The position numbers were made by a program, and so were the translations under genes. DNA of 64,000 nt. Source: Lepidodermella squamata. Taxonomy: Eukaryota; Animalia; Gastrotricha. The notes beneath the pieces are model-generated. The model saw only the letters and a list, made by a program, of their open reading frames with translations, made no database searches and was not told where the DNA came from. This document shows, one piece after another, positions 1 to 13,644 of the stretch. The DNA is taken from contig JBLDXI010000007.1 of assembly GCA_047495785.1 (NCBI GenBank), positions 2,666,001 to 2,730,000 of the forward strand. Reading direction: 5' to 3'. Within the stretch, counting starts at the first letter, position 1, and the number at the start of each line of letters is the position of its first letter.

Positions 1-1006
1 ATTATTCGAAATCAGTCTTAATGCGTGCGATTAACAATTTTTTTACATTGAAATTAACAATTAGCGCCCAGTGGGGATTCTTGGAGTCAGTTGCAAAAGC
101 AAAGCAAACGCAAAGGCAGACGCAGGACCGCTTCTATGCAAGACCAAACTCATATTATTCTCTTTCGAACCCCAATCGGGACTAGTAATCCTAAAATTTC
201 AATACCTGGGTAAGCTTCATGCCAAGTTTGCGAGATATGTCCTCCATTTCGGAACGAGACGGATATTTTTGTCGTTGATAGAACTGTAAGGTACAGCTTG
301 CATTATAGTAATTCACACAGGAGCTCTCAAAGAGAAATTTACAAACCTTATGAAGTTCCTCCCCCTCCCAAGTGACCTTTCTCGGCCGACCTACGGCTCG
401 CCGCGTTACCGGTACATCATCATTGAACTTGAGCTTGGAATTAAGAGTTCGGAGTTCAGAAAATAGTGAGCATTACGGTAAGAAATACCTTCGAATCTTC
501 AGGTGACGAGTAATAGGGCATGACGTTCGTAAAATAGGCGTGATCGTGCACAATCGCGTTCTGAATCAGCATGAACATAGCCGTCTCAGGCTCGATAAAG
601 TGACGAGGCGGCTCGACAACTGGGCTCAACAAATGCATCGCAGACATTTCCGAGCTTCGGACGATATATTGCCCAATCTGACAAGAAATATGATATTGCA
701 GTTGATAGGAAAAAATGCTGATTTCGCAGGTACCATTCTTTTCGCGACCGTAAGACTTGCCATAATTGAATTCTTCCTCTTGCAGGTAGAACATCGTTTA
801 CGAGCTTCAAGAGACATTTCTCGAAGTTTGCTAGTTTGAACAGCGACGTTTCGTACCTCAACGCCGCGTGACATGTCACAGAAATCTTAATGTTTTGAAA
901 ATTATTCAGCGTTTTGGCTAGGTCATCGGCGAGGTGTGCGTGTTTAGTGCTCAGCATTTGCGCACTGCAATCTGCGCGGTCGCGCGCCTGCTAGAGGTGA
1001 AGCGGC

Positions 1007-1204
1007 CATATCGTTACCGTCGTTGAATAACTCGGATTTAGGCTTGTTTACATCCGTTTCAAAGCGAAAAGTGACAAGTAAAAAGCGGCTTTTTTTAACG
1101 TGAATGAAGAGGCGAAAACAAAAGCTTTTTTACTTGTGACCTCTCGCTTTAAAAAGGATGTAAAATAGCCTAAATCCGAGTTATTCAACGACGCTAACGA
1201 TATG
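1007..1204. mobile_element. Foldback/MITE-like imperfect palindrome (~80 bp arms)
   Basis: catatcgttaccgtcgttgaataactcggatttaggct... at 1007 is the near reverse complement of ...agcctaaatccgagttattcaacgacgctaacgatatg ending at 1204. Confidence 0.65.
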
Positions 1205-1276
1205 ACACAGAGTTGAAAGTAGGTCAAGTGAGTTAATGACAGCGGCGTGTTACGTTGTAATTACCGGAAACATCTT

Positions 1277-1814
1277 AGTTGCGTTTTTTATGGTGTCCAA
1301 GAAGCTATTGTTCAACGCTGTGATCAATATTTTGGACACCTCCGCAACACAGAACTAACAATCAAGTAATTAGCATGGAGCTGTCCGACCTCGAGAGGCA
1401 AACAGTTAAGACTAATCACGCCCCGACTTGATTAGATTAAGCCTTGACAAATCGAGACATGGTTGTAATTAATTTACGACATAGCGCCATCTGACCCTCG
1501 TTAACTTATGACGACGTGCCATACGGTCAATTTGTAGCCAAACGTCGTGGGGAAGCATTTTTTATTTCGTTGGCACGATCCGCGAAAATCGAGAGAAATA
1601 TTGATTTTTTGAAATTTTTCGAAAATTACCGAAAATTCTCAATTTTAACTGTCAATTAGCGATTATTTTGAATCCAAACTTGTCAAAAAATCCGTAGTTC
1701 AATATTTCTGAATTTAAAGTTTAACGATTGCTTTGAAAAGCATAAGCTAAGTTATGTGTGTCATCTGGTGTTGATTGATATAATTAGCCCGCGGACACCA
1801 TAAAAAACGCAACT
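1277..1814. mobile_element. Non-autonomous DNA transposon (MITE), 22-bp TIR, apparent 3-bp TSD CTT
   Basis: agttgcgttttttatggtgtcc at 1277 and ggacaccataaaaaacgcaact ending at 1814 are perfect inverted repeats; ctt flanks both ends. Confidence 0.7.
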
Positions 1815-2451
1815 CTTTTGTTGCAGTCTACATTAATAATGAAAAAAAACGAAATGGAAAAAATGAAACTAATTAACAATCGGTTTTTTTTTAATGTTTA
1901 TCTCTGCTGATATTTACGTAACAAAACGCCGGACTTCGGAATAAAGCGGCAAATGAGCGAATAAAATAATTAATTAAAACCGGAAGGCGTCATTACGTCA
2001 AGCGACGGAATAGCGAAACAACCCGAAACAACTTTTTGCGCTCTTTCCAACGAGACGCTCGCTTTCCCGACTTATACAAGGTCACCTAGATATTCGCAAA
2101 GTAGCTCACAAAATCGCGATGATCGACATATTTCGATTATGTCGCGCCAATGGCCCATGTATTTTTGCTGCGCACTTTTCGTTTTCGCAAATTCCCCCTT
2201 TTAATTTAGCAATATGCTTTTAATATCAATTAATCGATAGAGTGCAGCAGTGTTATAGCGAACAATTTTTGTGAGTTTAGCTTATTTGAGGTCACGGCAA
2301 GCGTTATTATAGGTCAAAATATTATATGCGACAAAATAACGGCAAAATTCGCGCATAACGGACGACACGGACGGTAGAGTAGTTTTTCTCTACTGCGCCA
2401 CTCTTATTGTCCGAATTTCATGGGCATCTTGAGACCGATCCGCAAAAATGC

Positions 2452-2533
2452 TGGCAGCGGTGGGGTTCGAACCCACGCCTCCGAAGAGACTAGAGCCTAA
2501 ATCTAGCGCCTTAGACAACTCGGCCACCCTACC
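2452..2533 (-). tRNA. tRNA-Leu(TAG), variant or possible pseudogene
   Basis: Reverse complement GGTAGGGTGGCCGAGTTGTCTAAGGCGCTAGATTTAGGCTCTAGTCTCTTCGGAGGCGTGGGTTCGAACCCCACCGCTGCCA: anticodon stem CTAGA/TCTAG around TAG, long variable arm, GTTCGAA T-loop, followed by a TTTTT Pol III terminator. Confidence 0.9.
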
Positions 2534-2998
2534 GTCTTGATTTAACGAAAATATTGATCCATTTTAGCAAATAAAAATTGAAAAAGCTGTAATACATTTA
2601 ATGGTTTGCGCTAGTTACACAAAAAATGTGAGCTTAATCGTGAAAAAGGTGGCAAGTTTCAGGAGTCAGGAGCAATAAATATTGATTATTTTTTTTTAAA
2701 TGTTGAATAAATTTATGATCTCCTAATTGTTTCACTCCAAATCCTTTAAAATCGATAAGCGCATAAATTTAATCAATCACGCGCAATCATTGCGCGGCGC
2801 CCCGAATAAGCTCTAATCTAAACTCCTCATTACTATAATACCCAATCATCCCTTATATTCTCTCACAAACAATCCACAGAACATGCTCTAAATTGGCTCG
2901 AATATCCGCGTTACCTGATTCGACGTGATTAAAATAACTGTGTATCATTTTATTCTTGCTACTTCGATGACTACGCCATTCTAGTTTCCTTTACGCGA

Positions 2999-5497
2999 AT
3001 GGCATATCGAGAAGAATTCGCGTTACTCCTCCGCTCGTTACAGATAGTTGGTCTTTGGCCAACCCAGCTGAAACTCGGCTACGACGCTCGTCGCGAAAAA
3101 ATCATCAATAGAACGCACCTCATTCTACCAATCATCTTATGCGCAATTTCATGGCTCAATTTCTTGCGCAACCTAACATTATTCACGCAATTTTTGACTT
3201 GGCCTCAGCTCAGCGAGTTATCGCACCCGATTCTTGTCACATTCTACTACGCCATAGCAGCAATAGCCAGGACTTCGTTCATCCTCGGCCACTGGAATGG
3301 CAATAAATGGCTTGTTACCTTCGAATATTTGAACGACGAGTCGGATAACGAACGGGAAACGCCTATGGCTCAGTTTGTGAAAGATCCGAAATTTTCCAAC
3401 TCGAAAAATCGTCTCGTTCCTTTTCTTGCGATTATTTGTTGGATTTCAGCCGTTTCCAGCCCTGCGATCGCCGCTAATTTGGCTGTTATGCAAAAAGGAA
3501 TTTTCAGCCAAATTATCACGCCGTTTCACATTGCTAATTACGCAAATGAAAGCCGTTATCGCTTCTACGTTGCGCTTGTTTCTTTCCTCAATTTTGTCTC
3601 GGATTCGGGGATTATTTTTTCGACAGGATTTATTTGGGCGGTTGGGCTGAGGTTTGCGTCGCGGTTTCATTTTATGAAGGAATGGATCGAAAATGAGTGC
3701 GCCCGATTGCCTCGAGTCGAGGAAGAACCACTTCCTTATCAGCAAGATACTAACGAGGTGAGTGCTCTAAATTTTGCGATTTTATGCGCTATTTTCATAT
3801 AGAAGAGTTTAGAGTTTTACAATAAGATAGCTACTGCGATGGCTACTGCGATTAAAATTTCAAGGCGGTCTCTTCGATTTAATTTATTTCCCTTTTCCAT
3901 AGGGATAAAAGTACACCTAATTAAATAGAGACCCAATACACCCAAGGATAGTTAGCTTGGATATAATGGAAATTTAGAAACATTTATTTTTGAAAATTCA
4001 AAAATTTTCAGGGCAGAAAACATAAAAAATGAATAATTTACCGAAAATTAATTTCCGAATTGTTCGAATTTTTTGGTTGAAATATTAATAGTCCGGGCTG
4101 CTTTACAAGGAGAAATACGGTATGCGTCGTATTTTAACAAATTGTACCACCTAACTGATGTAGGATGAGTTAGGTAACCACCTAACTCATTCGAAACTCC
4201 ATTGTCATTTCCCTTATTCTATTCAAAGAAAATTCTCGCGCTTATTATTTTTGTTTTTTTTTGCATGCAAAAAATCGGTCAAACTTGGCGCGCGCGGAAA
4301 AATTCTACGCCATGGCAGCTAAGCATTTCCCGCTTCATTTAAACGCATGTTTAACTTTTAAATTCGAAATTGTACAAAATTCAGCCTAATTTCGAACTCA
4401 ACTGTACCGTTTCCCAGCCAGTTCCATAAGTAACGCAAGCAAATACAGAACATGGAATAGTGTTTAGAAACTGTAAAATGAGAGACACATCTTATGGCCC
4501 GAAACCCGAAACTATACGAAAATTAAAAAACTCACGAGAATAGATATCAAGTATTTCACTTATTAATAGGATTAAATGTGGTCCAAACCGGTAAAATACC
4601 GAAATAATAATAAATTTTCCTTTTCAATCAGGCCTCTAATGCTTCCGATAACCCATCCTCAGAAGAATCCTTCATCAAACCCGAAAACACGCCGAACGGT
4701 GCTCACGATGACGAAACAACGCCCCCTAAACTGAGAAGGCGGCGGTACCGCGACTTCCTCAACGATAAAGCGCGCCTTCGCGAAAGCTTTGACCCGCCTA
4801 ATTCGCCTAGATTTCGAATGGGGCCTATTCGAAAAGCCCATCTCTACCTCATGATTTGCGTCAAAAAATTCGATATCCTAATCCGACCCATTATATCACT
4901 AGCCTTATTATTCGGGCTATTGGGGCTATTGAATCACCTCGCATCAGCTCACATTTTCTGGCTGGGAAATGATGCGACATTCAAATTTCTTTGGTTAACC
5001 TGGCTCGCGATTTACAGCGCATTCTTGTTCGGCAATATGTATGTCTCGGCCCGGATTCACTCGAAAGCAACTGGGGTACAGGAAGCGATGTTTCAAATTC
5101 CGCCTAATCTGCTTATGGCCGCTGGTGACCCGATGGCTGGTATGCAAATGAGCATGTTGCTAGGTCAAATCGGCGGCGAACCGATAGCACTTAGCTTTTT
5201 CGGTATCATTTTCCTTCGAATTGAAGTTTTGGTTGCGGTAAGTCGATGCAAATTCCAATGAAAAACTGGTTTGACGCTCATTTCTTTCAGATCCTTTGCG
5301 CTGTCATGACCTATTTATTGATTATGGTTGATTACATGACAAGCGAACGTAAGGCGTGGACGCAAACCATAGCCGAAAACGGTTCTCCGAACCCAGCCGA
5401 GGCTTTGATGGCATCGATGATGGAAGAATTAACGTCAGCTGCTCGATCTGGCGGTAACAAGGGAAAATATGCCCTGGTTGGCAACTATTCAATGTGA
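2999..5497 (+). CDS. Gustatory-receptor-like (GRL/7tm_7-type) membrane protein, ~523 aa, 3 exons (2999-3757, 4632-5237, 5291-5497)
   Basis: GT-AG introns join the ORFs in frame. Multiple hydrophobic helices, N-terminal L.I.GLWP, and C-terminal 'ALSFFGIIFL..EVLVAILCAVMTYLLIMVDY' resembling the GR-family TYxxxxxQF TM7 motif, with a phase-0 intron just before it. Confidence 0.75.
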
Positions 5498-5591
5498 AAT
5501 GAACGCGACTTTAAAATGAGCTGAGCAAGTTTTGAGTAGGGTTGACGTTATTTTGCTAAAATATATGCTACAAATCAGTGATGTTTCGATA

Positions 5592-6601
5592 CCGTCATTT
5601 GGGGCAAAATGAACCTTTGGGGCTAATTGGCCAAAAATTGAGGTTTTCACATTTTTATCGATAGCTCAAAGACTAAACGGTAAAACTTCACAAAAATTCA
5701 CGGGGACGATTATCAACGAGCTTCCTACAAGCCTGCAAATTTCCAGCCACATATGTCCCGAAATGAGGTCACGGCATGTTGTTGCACAGAGGTGAGTTTA
5801 GGGAGGTAAAACTGACCCCTTTAAATTGAATTACCTGGAGCCAATCACGAGGTTTGATGTTCAGATGAAATTTTTTCCTTCGACCATTTTCGTCGTAGAT
5901 GACAGCAAAAAAAAACCGCGACCCCAGGCGATGCACAGGTATGGCTAGGTGATTGTGGCCGAATTACCCCATGGAAAACTCAATGATGGGGGCTAATTGG
6001 CCACCCTTATCCTTATAATGGGTTTTTCATATTTGATGATTGTGAGGGTTGAATGGTCGAGCGTCATCAGAACTTGAGTGATCTGATGAGCGACGGTTTG
6101 ATTCCTCATAAAGTAGCATTTTTTTGCTCCGCATTTAATTTGTTTAATTTTTTTGTTAATTTTCCATTTTAATTATTCCACTAACACCACGTATGCCGGA
6201 CATTTTTTTGATCGGTAGACGTTTAAAAGTTGCTCAGCAATAAAACTATCAGAAAAAACAATAAAAAATCAGAAACTAATTAAAAATTATTAAAATGGAA
6301 AAATTAACAAAAAAATTAAAAAATTAAATGCGGAGCAAAAAATGCTACTTTATGAGGAATCGAACCGTCGCTCATCAGATCACTCAAGTTCTGATGACGC
6401 ATCACAACCACTCGGCCATTCAACCCTCACAATCATCAAATATTAAAAACCCATTATAATTAGCCAATTAGCCAATTAGCCCCAAACCTGGGGCAAAATG
6501 AGCTTCCTATAAAATCGGAATCAGGACCCTCTGAAACGTGTAAAATTGCGAAAAATCAGGGGGTAATTTTTTTCCCGCGCCCATTTTGCCCCAATTTACG
6601 G
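5592..6601. mobile_element. Tc1/mariner-superfamily non-autonomous element with TA TSD
   Basis: TA|ccgtcatttggggcaaaatg ... cattttgccccaatttacgg|TA; sub-terminal ggggcaaaatg/ggggctaattgg repeats recur inside. Confidence 0.7.
6013..6459. repeat. Nested long inverted repeat (~160 bp arms, ~115 bp spacer)
   Basis: 6013-6173 (ttataatggg...catcagaacttgagtgatctgatgagcgacgg...ccattttaat) is the near reverse complement of 6289-6459. Confidence 0.85.
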
Positions 6602-7512
6602 TAGATAGCTTCGGGTACCTCGCTACCAGATGGCAAAATATAGAATAATACAACGTGTCCCATAAGAAAGAAAATACACTAAAAAGGGTTCAGAACGCTA
6701 ACATGATTGGCGAAGCCACATCTCATGGCCAGAAAAATTAACAAAAAATTAAAAAATCACAGAATAGTAACAAAGTATGTCACTTGTTAATGGGGTTGAA
6801 CAAAGTCCGGAGAAATTTAGTCAAACCGGGCAAAATACCGAAAATTGTGGAACCAGTTACCATCGGGGTTTTTCTGGGTTTTCTGCAAGAAAGTGTATAC
6901 TTATTCGGTTAAATCGGACGAATGATAAATATTTTCTCATTAGGTTTAATTTCAGTTTCCTGCATAAAATGCCAAATAAAAAATTCTGGTTTTCCAACTT
7001 ATTCTGGGCGCGCTGTGGGGGCAAGATAGGAGCATTGGTATCGATGAAGAAAAGATGTGAAAATCGGAACAATTTTTTGCCAGCTACCTTAATAGTGCGG
7101 GAACTTCGCTGGAATATTTTGACTCATCATTTTGAAAATGATTTGTACGTATGATTATAATACCTATTGAAAATCTAAACGAAATTCAGTAAGAAGCAAT
7201 GAAGAAATCGCGCCTTTCTTGCGCAAATTTTAGAAGAAGCGTCTATTCGCAAAATATCGCCCAACCCTACTTTAACTTGCTGCTATATTCCTTTTGATTT
7301 AAAACTGTCGTCCTGGCTAGATCGTAGAGGAAATGAAACATGTGCTTTCTTTGTTTTTTTCAGCTTTTATTTAAAAATAGTCCTGTAATAATTTTTATTT
7401 TAGTCGTAATATTTCATAATAGAGCAGTCACATCAAAAGAAAGGTGAAGTGATAACAACAACCAAACACATATACGACCTTCGTATAAGTTGTCTTCAAT
7501 TTTAGCTGTTCT

Positions 7513-10500
7513 TCAATTCATAGCAACAGCATAGGCATATACGTGAATAGCGATGAAACTACCGAGGGATGCGAAAAATGCAATCAAGTCAAAAAGTCGA
7601 ACCAGCCTTATCTTTTTCTTGCAAACGAGCCGGCCCCCACCTGCCGAGTTGACGAAAAACACCGTCGCCATTTGGTACAGAGTGATCACAGCATTAAGCA
7701 TTCCGAGGTCCATTATGTAGTCACCCAGCAAAATGCGACCCGAAACCGTGGGCAGAAGTGACCGAACGTCAGATTGTGCGACAATGAGAGCTAAAAGTGA
7801 CGTGACGGTGACCGTTGGCCTCTCAGCAGTATCAGGGTCCAAAAGGTACGTGAAGAGGTTCAGAGCAGCCAGTATCATGCTAGGAGCTGCCAAATTAGTG
7901 ACGTACCAATCAGGAATTCGTTCCAACGTAACTTGACATGCCCATGCTTGAACAGTGTTGCCAACATATTTTATCTCACTCAAATCCACTGAAATGTCTT
8001 GAAACTTCCACTCATCAGTTTGATTCGCCTCGCGCCACGAGCAGTAGGGAGGGTTCTTTATCTGGAGCACGTTAACTGGCCTCTCGAGATGGAAGTAAAA
8101 TTGGCAGGTTTGTTTATCGTACGGGAACTTCGTAAGATCCAACGTGCAGTCTGAAGTGAAAATGCCTTTTTTGACCATCCAGAATTCAAAGATTTGATAA
8201 CCGTTGCTTTGACTCGCAACAGCTGTTATGTCTTCACTGAAACGTTCCTTCCCAAGCATGTAGTAGTTGGAATTAGCTGCACTTGCAAATGTTAACTTCG
8301 GGACCCAAACCTCCTGGGAAGGTGCCACATACAAGACCTCTTTCCTATTCGAAAACAAATGGCTCATATTCGCCTTGCAGGTATTGACCTCCCAAGACAT
8401 GACAATGAGGCCACCTACTGAGATCGCTTCATTCACATTGCTCAGGGAGTCTAGTTTCGTGATTTCGAAGGCGAATGTTACAACTGTTGGCTGGCCGTTG
8501 TTTGGCGGAACTGAGCGATAACTTGCGAAGTGATCGCATTTCTCAAGAACGGACTCGACCTTAACCGGATCGGTGTTCTCGGCCGGTTTATCCGGTATTA
8601 TAGCGTCCATTATTGACGGCGGTTTCTGGATGACCAAATCTGCAGGTCTACCAACAGTTGGGCCATTACCTATACTTGGCATAATAACGTCGTTCAGTTT
8701 AACCGTGGTAGTTACAACGTTCGCTGTTGTGGTGGATGATGTTGTAGTCTGGCTGCAATCGCCATTTTCAGTCTTATCAGATTGATTATCCAAGCTGAAG
8801 AATCGGAAATCAGCAACGCGGATTACTTGGTTCTTAGGCGCGGCTTCCGAGGCACTGATCACTACGGACGAAGTTCCCTTAGAGATGAACGCATTCATCC
8901 CTGTGACATCCGCGTTTGTAATGCAATATGTTGGCACAATTTGGCCGGGTCTCAAGATGGAAAAAGAGAATTGATCGAATAGAAGCTGAACTGTCAGCTG
9001 TACACCGCTTTGAATATCACCTAGAGCAATGTCGCACCGAGAATCGCAAACTTGTATCCGCGTGGCTGTAGCAATTGAGGTCTGGAAAAAGTAGCCGACA
9101 TTCGTCGTTGAGGCCAAGTTGAGCGACACAGCGAGTCCGGCAAAGTTGAGGGAATTGCTGACCGATATGGTTGGATTCTTTGAGTAGTCAATAATGCCCA
9201 TGATTATAGAGCCGGAACTTGGGTCGGACACGGATAATTTAGTTTCGATTCGCCAATTTACAACAGTGGGCGGCAACATCTGTACATTTTAAATTAAAAC
9301 TTTTCCTTCTCCATTTTTCCATCAAAAATAACCTTTCTCGTTAACAATTTCTTATCTCCTGTACCAGCGTATGAGCTCAGTAGTACTATGGATCGCTCCT
9401 CAACTTTAAATGTCTCCGAATTCCAGTTCAAAGCTGGAAAAATGTTTAACCTCAATTTTTTACGCTTTGGAAAGTTTACCGATGTTTTGTTGATTTTCGA
9501 ACGAAGCTGAGCACAGCTTGTTTGCAACCTTTTGAGACCATGACGGAATTGCTAGGAAGTCAGTGTTTGCGGCTAGTGACTTTGTTTGATCGCTCGCTGG
9601 GATTCGAAGGATATTGTTGAAATTCATTGCAACCACCTTGACTTCGTGATTTCCGACTTTTTTCAATATCACGGCGTTGTTCGAAGAAACAAGAGCGATT
9701 GAGATCGGAGTTTTTGTGGAAATTAAATCTGACAGAGCCGTCACGGCGATGTTGTCGAAGCAAACCCCGGGCAGGCGATGAAGCCGGGAATATGCCGCAA
9801 CTGTCAGTCGGTTATTGACACTCTGCATAACGATCTGGATGCCGGATATGAGATCAACCTGGGAGAAGGCGCATTGCGAATCGCAATTTGACCTCTCGCT
9901 CTGTTCAAATGTGATCTTTAGATCATCGGACACACTGATCTGCTGGCGGGCTGAAGTAGCCCCACTCGGTAGATACTGTGCCAGAATAACTGCTGGCGAG
10001 CCTTTGAAGGAAAATGGATCTGAACTGTTAGTGATCAAATTGCCATCGAATTTCCCTAAATGAGAGCAAAAATAAAACTTTATCTTAATCATTTTGAAAT
10101 CATACTGATGTAATCCTTAACTTTGTCCGATTTCGCGATTATAATCGAAAATAGTGATTTGGGTTGATCAGCAGTGACGTAGCTTTCAGATTTGAACTCG
10201 ACCTCGATTCGCCAGTTCGGTTGCTGAAAATTCGCCTCAGAGTAGACCGCACCGATTTGGTTCACACCCGCCTTAGCCAACTCCCCTGTGTATGGATTAG
10301 CCATACCATATGCTGACCATGTTGAGTTGAATGTCAATTCAAGGTCTTGGGATATCTCCGTATTTGTTGGCAAATCAAGTATATCGCGATAGGTCATAGG
10401 TTGCACCTCAGGTGAAGCGGGTGGGTTTAATGGGTCCAAGGCTCGAGATTGACAGACATGCGGGAGTTGTTCGATCTCCCCACGGGTTAATATGGCGCTG

Positions 10501-13208
10501 TGCCAGCTTAAACACGCAATAAACCGTGTGTTTACCGTATTGGAACACGTCCCTCCAGTAAAGCAGCTGTAGCCGATCCTTAAAGAGCTGCCCGAGGTCG
10601 CAACAGGGATATCGACGCCGAAAAGCTCCGTGGTTACGTTCAAATTGCGGTTGAAGCATTGCAGTTTCCGCTGGCTTTTGTCGTAGGTAACAGCGTAGAA
10701 AATCCATTCATTAGTGTTCCCAGCGATACATCCGCCAATGCTAGCCAGAGAATTACCAACTCGATGAAGAACTTGAATGCCATTGTCTTTCTTGAAATAT
10801 AAACTGAGAAAAGGGTCTATCATCAACATGCCACCGTCGTCATCCGACGCACGTCGGAAGGAGAATCCCAGCGTGAAAGTCGGCGACATAATGAAGTTAT
10901 CATACTGAGCGATCTGATTGTTGGAGAAGAAATTCGTCGACATAGACGTTTCGGCAACTCCCCATGGTCCGCCGATTAATGATACTAACGTTGGCTCACC
11001 TTGCTGCGCTGGAATATCATTAATGATGTCAACATTCCCAGCTTGGCGATCGAACGGCCAAAATCCGATGGCAGACGCGAGACGAGGAATATACAGCTGT
11101 TTGTTGTTTTTCACAGGCTCGTAAGCCCCTTGCCGTTTCTCGCGGCAAGCTCGTGGTAAATCCGATATCTCGCTATCAGACAGCTTTACGCGGTACAGAA
11201 TTAGGCAAGACATTGCGTCTCCTTTGTTCATGTCTTGTAATAACCCGTCTCCTTTTCCAGCCCAGGCAGAGACAATCGCTGATACTTCCATATCGACGCC
11301 GGTCTGAACACCCAATCGAATCATAGGTGGGCCGGTAAAAATGTCCAAAACTTTGCTTTTTCTGTCATATGTTGCTGCGATATACGGCCACTTTGAAATG
11401 TCGACGGTAATATTCATTTTTGGAAATAGATCTGGCCATACAGACATTTCACTTGACTTCATGTACGTCAAGGCGAATATTCGAGAGTCGAAAAATTCTC
11501 GGCTCAAGCGTATCAAAGTTCCATCAGCCCCACTGGAAATTTTAGCGGCAAAGAAAAGGGTGAATGTGTCAGCCAATCTAACAGTTTTATACCGCGAGAT
11601 GTAATCTTTCGACTTGAGAACGTAGGACGAATTTGTGCCATGTGGGCCGTCTGCGTTCAGCACAGTATTAGGACTGACATCTACGAATGGGTTGTTGCAA
11701 ACTGAGTATGCTAGATCGCATAAACCATCACTTTGATCCATAGGTACAAAGAGGGACAACTCGGACGGCTGGGGTATAGGGTCTTTCAGCATCTCATTTC
11801 CGAAGCCTTTGCATGACGTTTGAAGCTGCCATATTTCAAATGTTGTCAGTCGCTGGTTGAAAACCATCAAGCAATAAATTGCGTCGTTGCTTCCCACATA
11901 CAACTTCTTAGCTGATTCATCTTCAGCGTATCCTAGCGAGAAGGACGATACATCATCGCCAGGCAAATTCAACTGCTTTGTTTCATATCTCAGATTATTT
12001 TCCTTTCCGGAATAAATCGTGAATAAGTTGTTTTTGGATTCATCATACGCAATTACAACGAAACGCCACTCATTCCGCGGTAAAACATTGCTGAATTTGG
12101 CCCTTTGGGCTGATAGTGCAACCGGGTATATCACGTCCAATGTATTTGTCGAAGAATAAATAACTGAGAACAAGCGTCGTTCACCAAAGCCTGCGAATGT
12201 GAATAGGCCTCTTTCACCGACGTCACTGGAAATCTTGACCGCAAACGCCACAGTGAAGAACTTGATATTTTGCATACTCAAGTACATCGTTATCAAAGCA
12301 GCACTTCCTGTCGGAACGTACAGTGATTGGTTTGTACCAAAAGCATCCATGACAGCTGTTGCGGTTAATTCTCCAGATTGAAATTGGGCAACCACTTGCC
12401 GCGCGTCATCAAATGCCACATTGCTGGCGAGAGGAAAAAAGGATTCGAGAGCCCATAGGCGTGGGAAAGTGTAATCCAGCCGAGCGTTGCCTTTCGATTT
12501 GCAAACTTCAGGTAGTTGAAAAGTTTCATATTTGGTTAAGCTCGAATCGTAAAGAAAGTAGCAAGCCATTGCTCCAGGAGAAGAGAAAGACCCTTTTTTC
12601 GTCCCTGCATCGGCATAGCCAACTAAAGCTGTCACGGCTGTTCGCGAGGAGAAAATGTCAGTTAGGACCATCTCGTAAGCCAGTTGCCAATCGATAATCG
12701 CCTTGTAGAAAATATTTGCCCGATTTGCCTGATGGTCATACGCCACGGAGATGTAGTTCCAGGTATTTTTGACAAGTAATCGGCCTGAATAAAGCAGCTT
12801 TGAATCAACCCATACCTCAAGAGTTCCATCTTTTGTTGCGAATATGCAAAATTTGCATTTACTAGTGCCCCTTATCTCAGTTAACCCGCGGTCAGGATCC
12901 GCATCTCCATCCGGATAGAACACTGCCAAGAAAATCGTAAAAGAATTCGTCAGGGTGAAACCTTGAGATAGAATTTCCTTTGTGTTATCAGTCGAAGTGT
13001 ACGACGAATATGGTCCGTTTGGCCCGGGAGTATTGATCACTAAACTGCCCGGTGACGAGCTCGGCGCCTTGCCATCCTTCAGATTCAACACGCCGTTATC
13101 ATAATCCAAAGGATAGAAGGCTAATAGGTTTGCTGGTCGTGGCCACTGCCCAGTATCAGCGGCACAACAATTGGCAATCAACAGAGTAACAGTAAGAGGA
13201 AAACGCAT
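7513..13208 (-). CDS. Giant multi-lectin-domain Cys-loop ion channel, paralogue 1, ~1848 aa; exons 13208-10106, 10055-9480, 9433-9333, 9279-7513
   Basis: Three 46-53 nt GT-AG introns fuse four ORFs in frame. Signal peptide MRFPLTVTLLIANCCAA; four repeats starting xP.P..L..F.P.D and ending C..hY...L...E..QL...C; two NWRIE domains; Thr-rich linker; WVP, Cys-loop CTLDLTKFPYDKQTC (C-x13-C), LxR..WY..N...P pre-M1/M1 and four TM helices. Confidence 0.9.
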
Positions 13209-13644
13209 TTTGATCTTACCCACGAAACAGTGAGATTCAAATTAAGTCGCTGGGTCGACTGGTTTGAGCTCTGACTAACGAATCTCATTTCCGGAATCGA
13301 ACACGAAAATATATTAAAATAATTCAAATTAAAAATAGAAGTGAATAATGAACCCCAGCCAATCAGCTATTGCTCCGCGATACTTGCCTTCTATGAGGGT
13401 TATGCCTGATGCTAAATTCAAAATTCAACCAATGAGCTCACCCTAGCCTTCAAAACATCTTGCTTTTAGTATCAAGGGAAATTGGCGAATGCGTCCTGGC
13501 AGTCTACCTGAAGCTACCTGACTATCGTTTCCAGATTTTTGGAGCATTCGGTTGATGTGAGCTGGAATGACGCATGAAGGATTTTATTACTGATGTTACA
13601 GCTGAATTTCTTCCCTATTTCGTCATCATCACCACATAGTGCTT

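Noticed and set aside
456-957. Overlapping ~110-125 aa ORFs, possibly a decayed transposon or Helitron fragment
   Set aside because: No motif I can identify with confidence and no convincing splice model; needs BLASTX.
6777-7154. 125-aa ORF between the GRL gene and channel 1
   Set aside because: AT-rich, repeat-like sequence sharing short fragments with GRL intron 1; no protein-like features.
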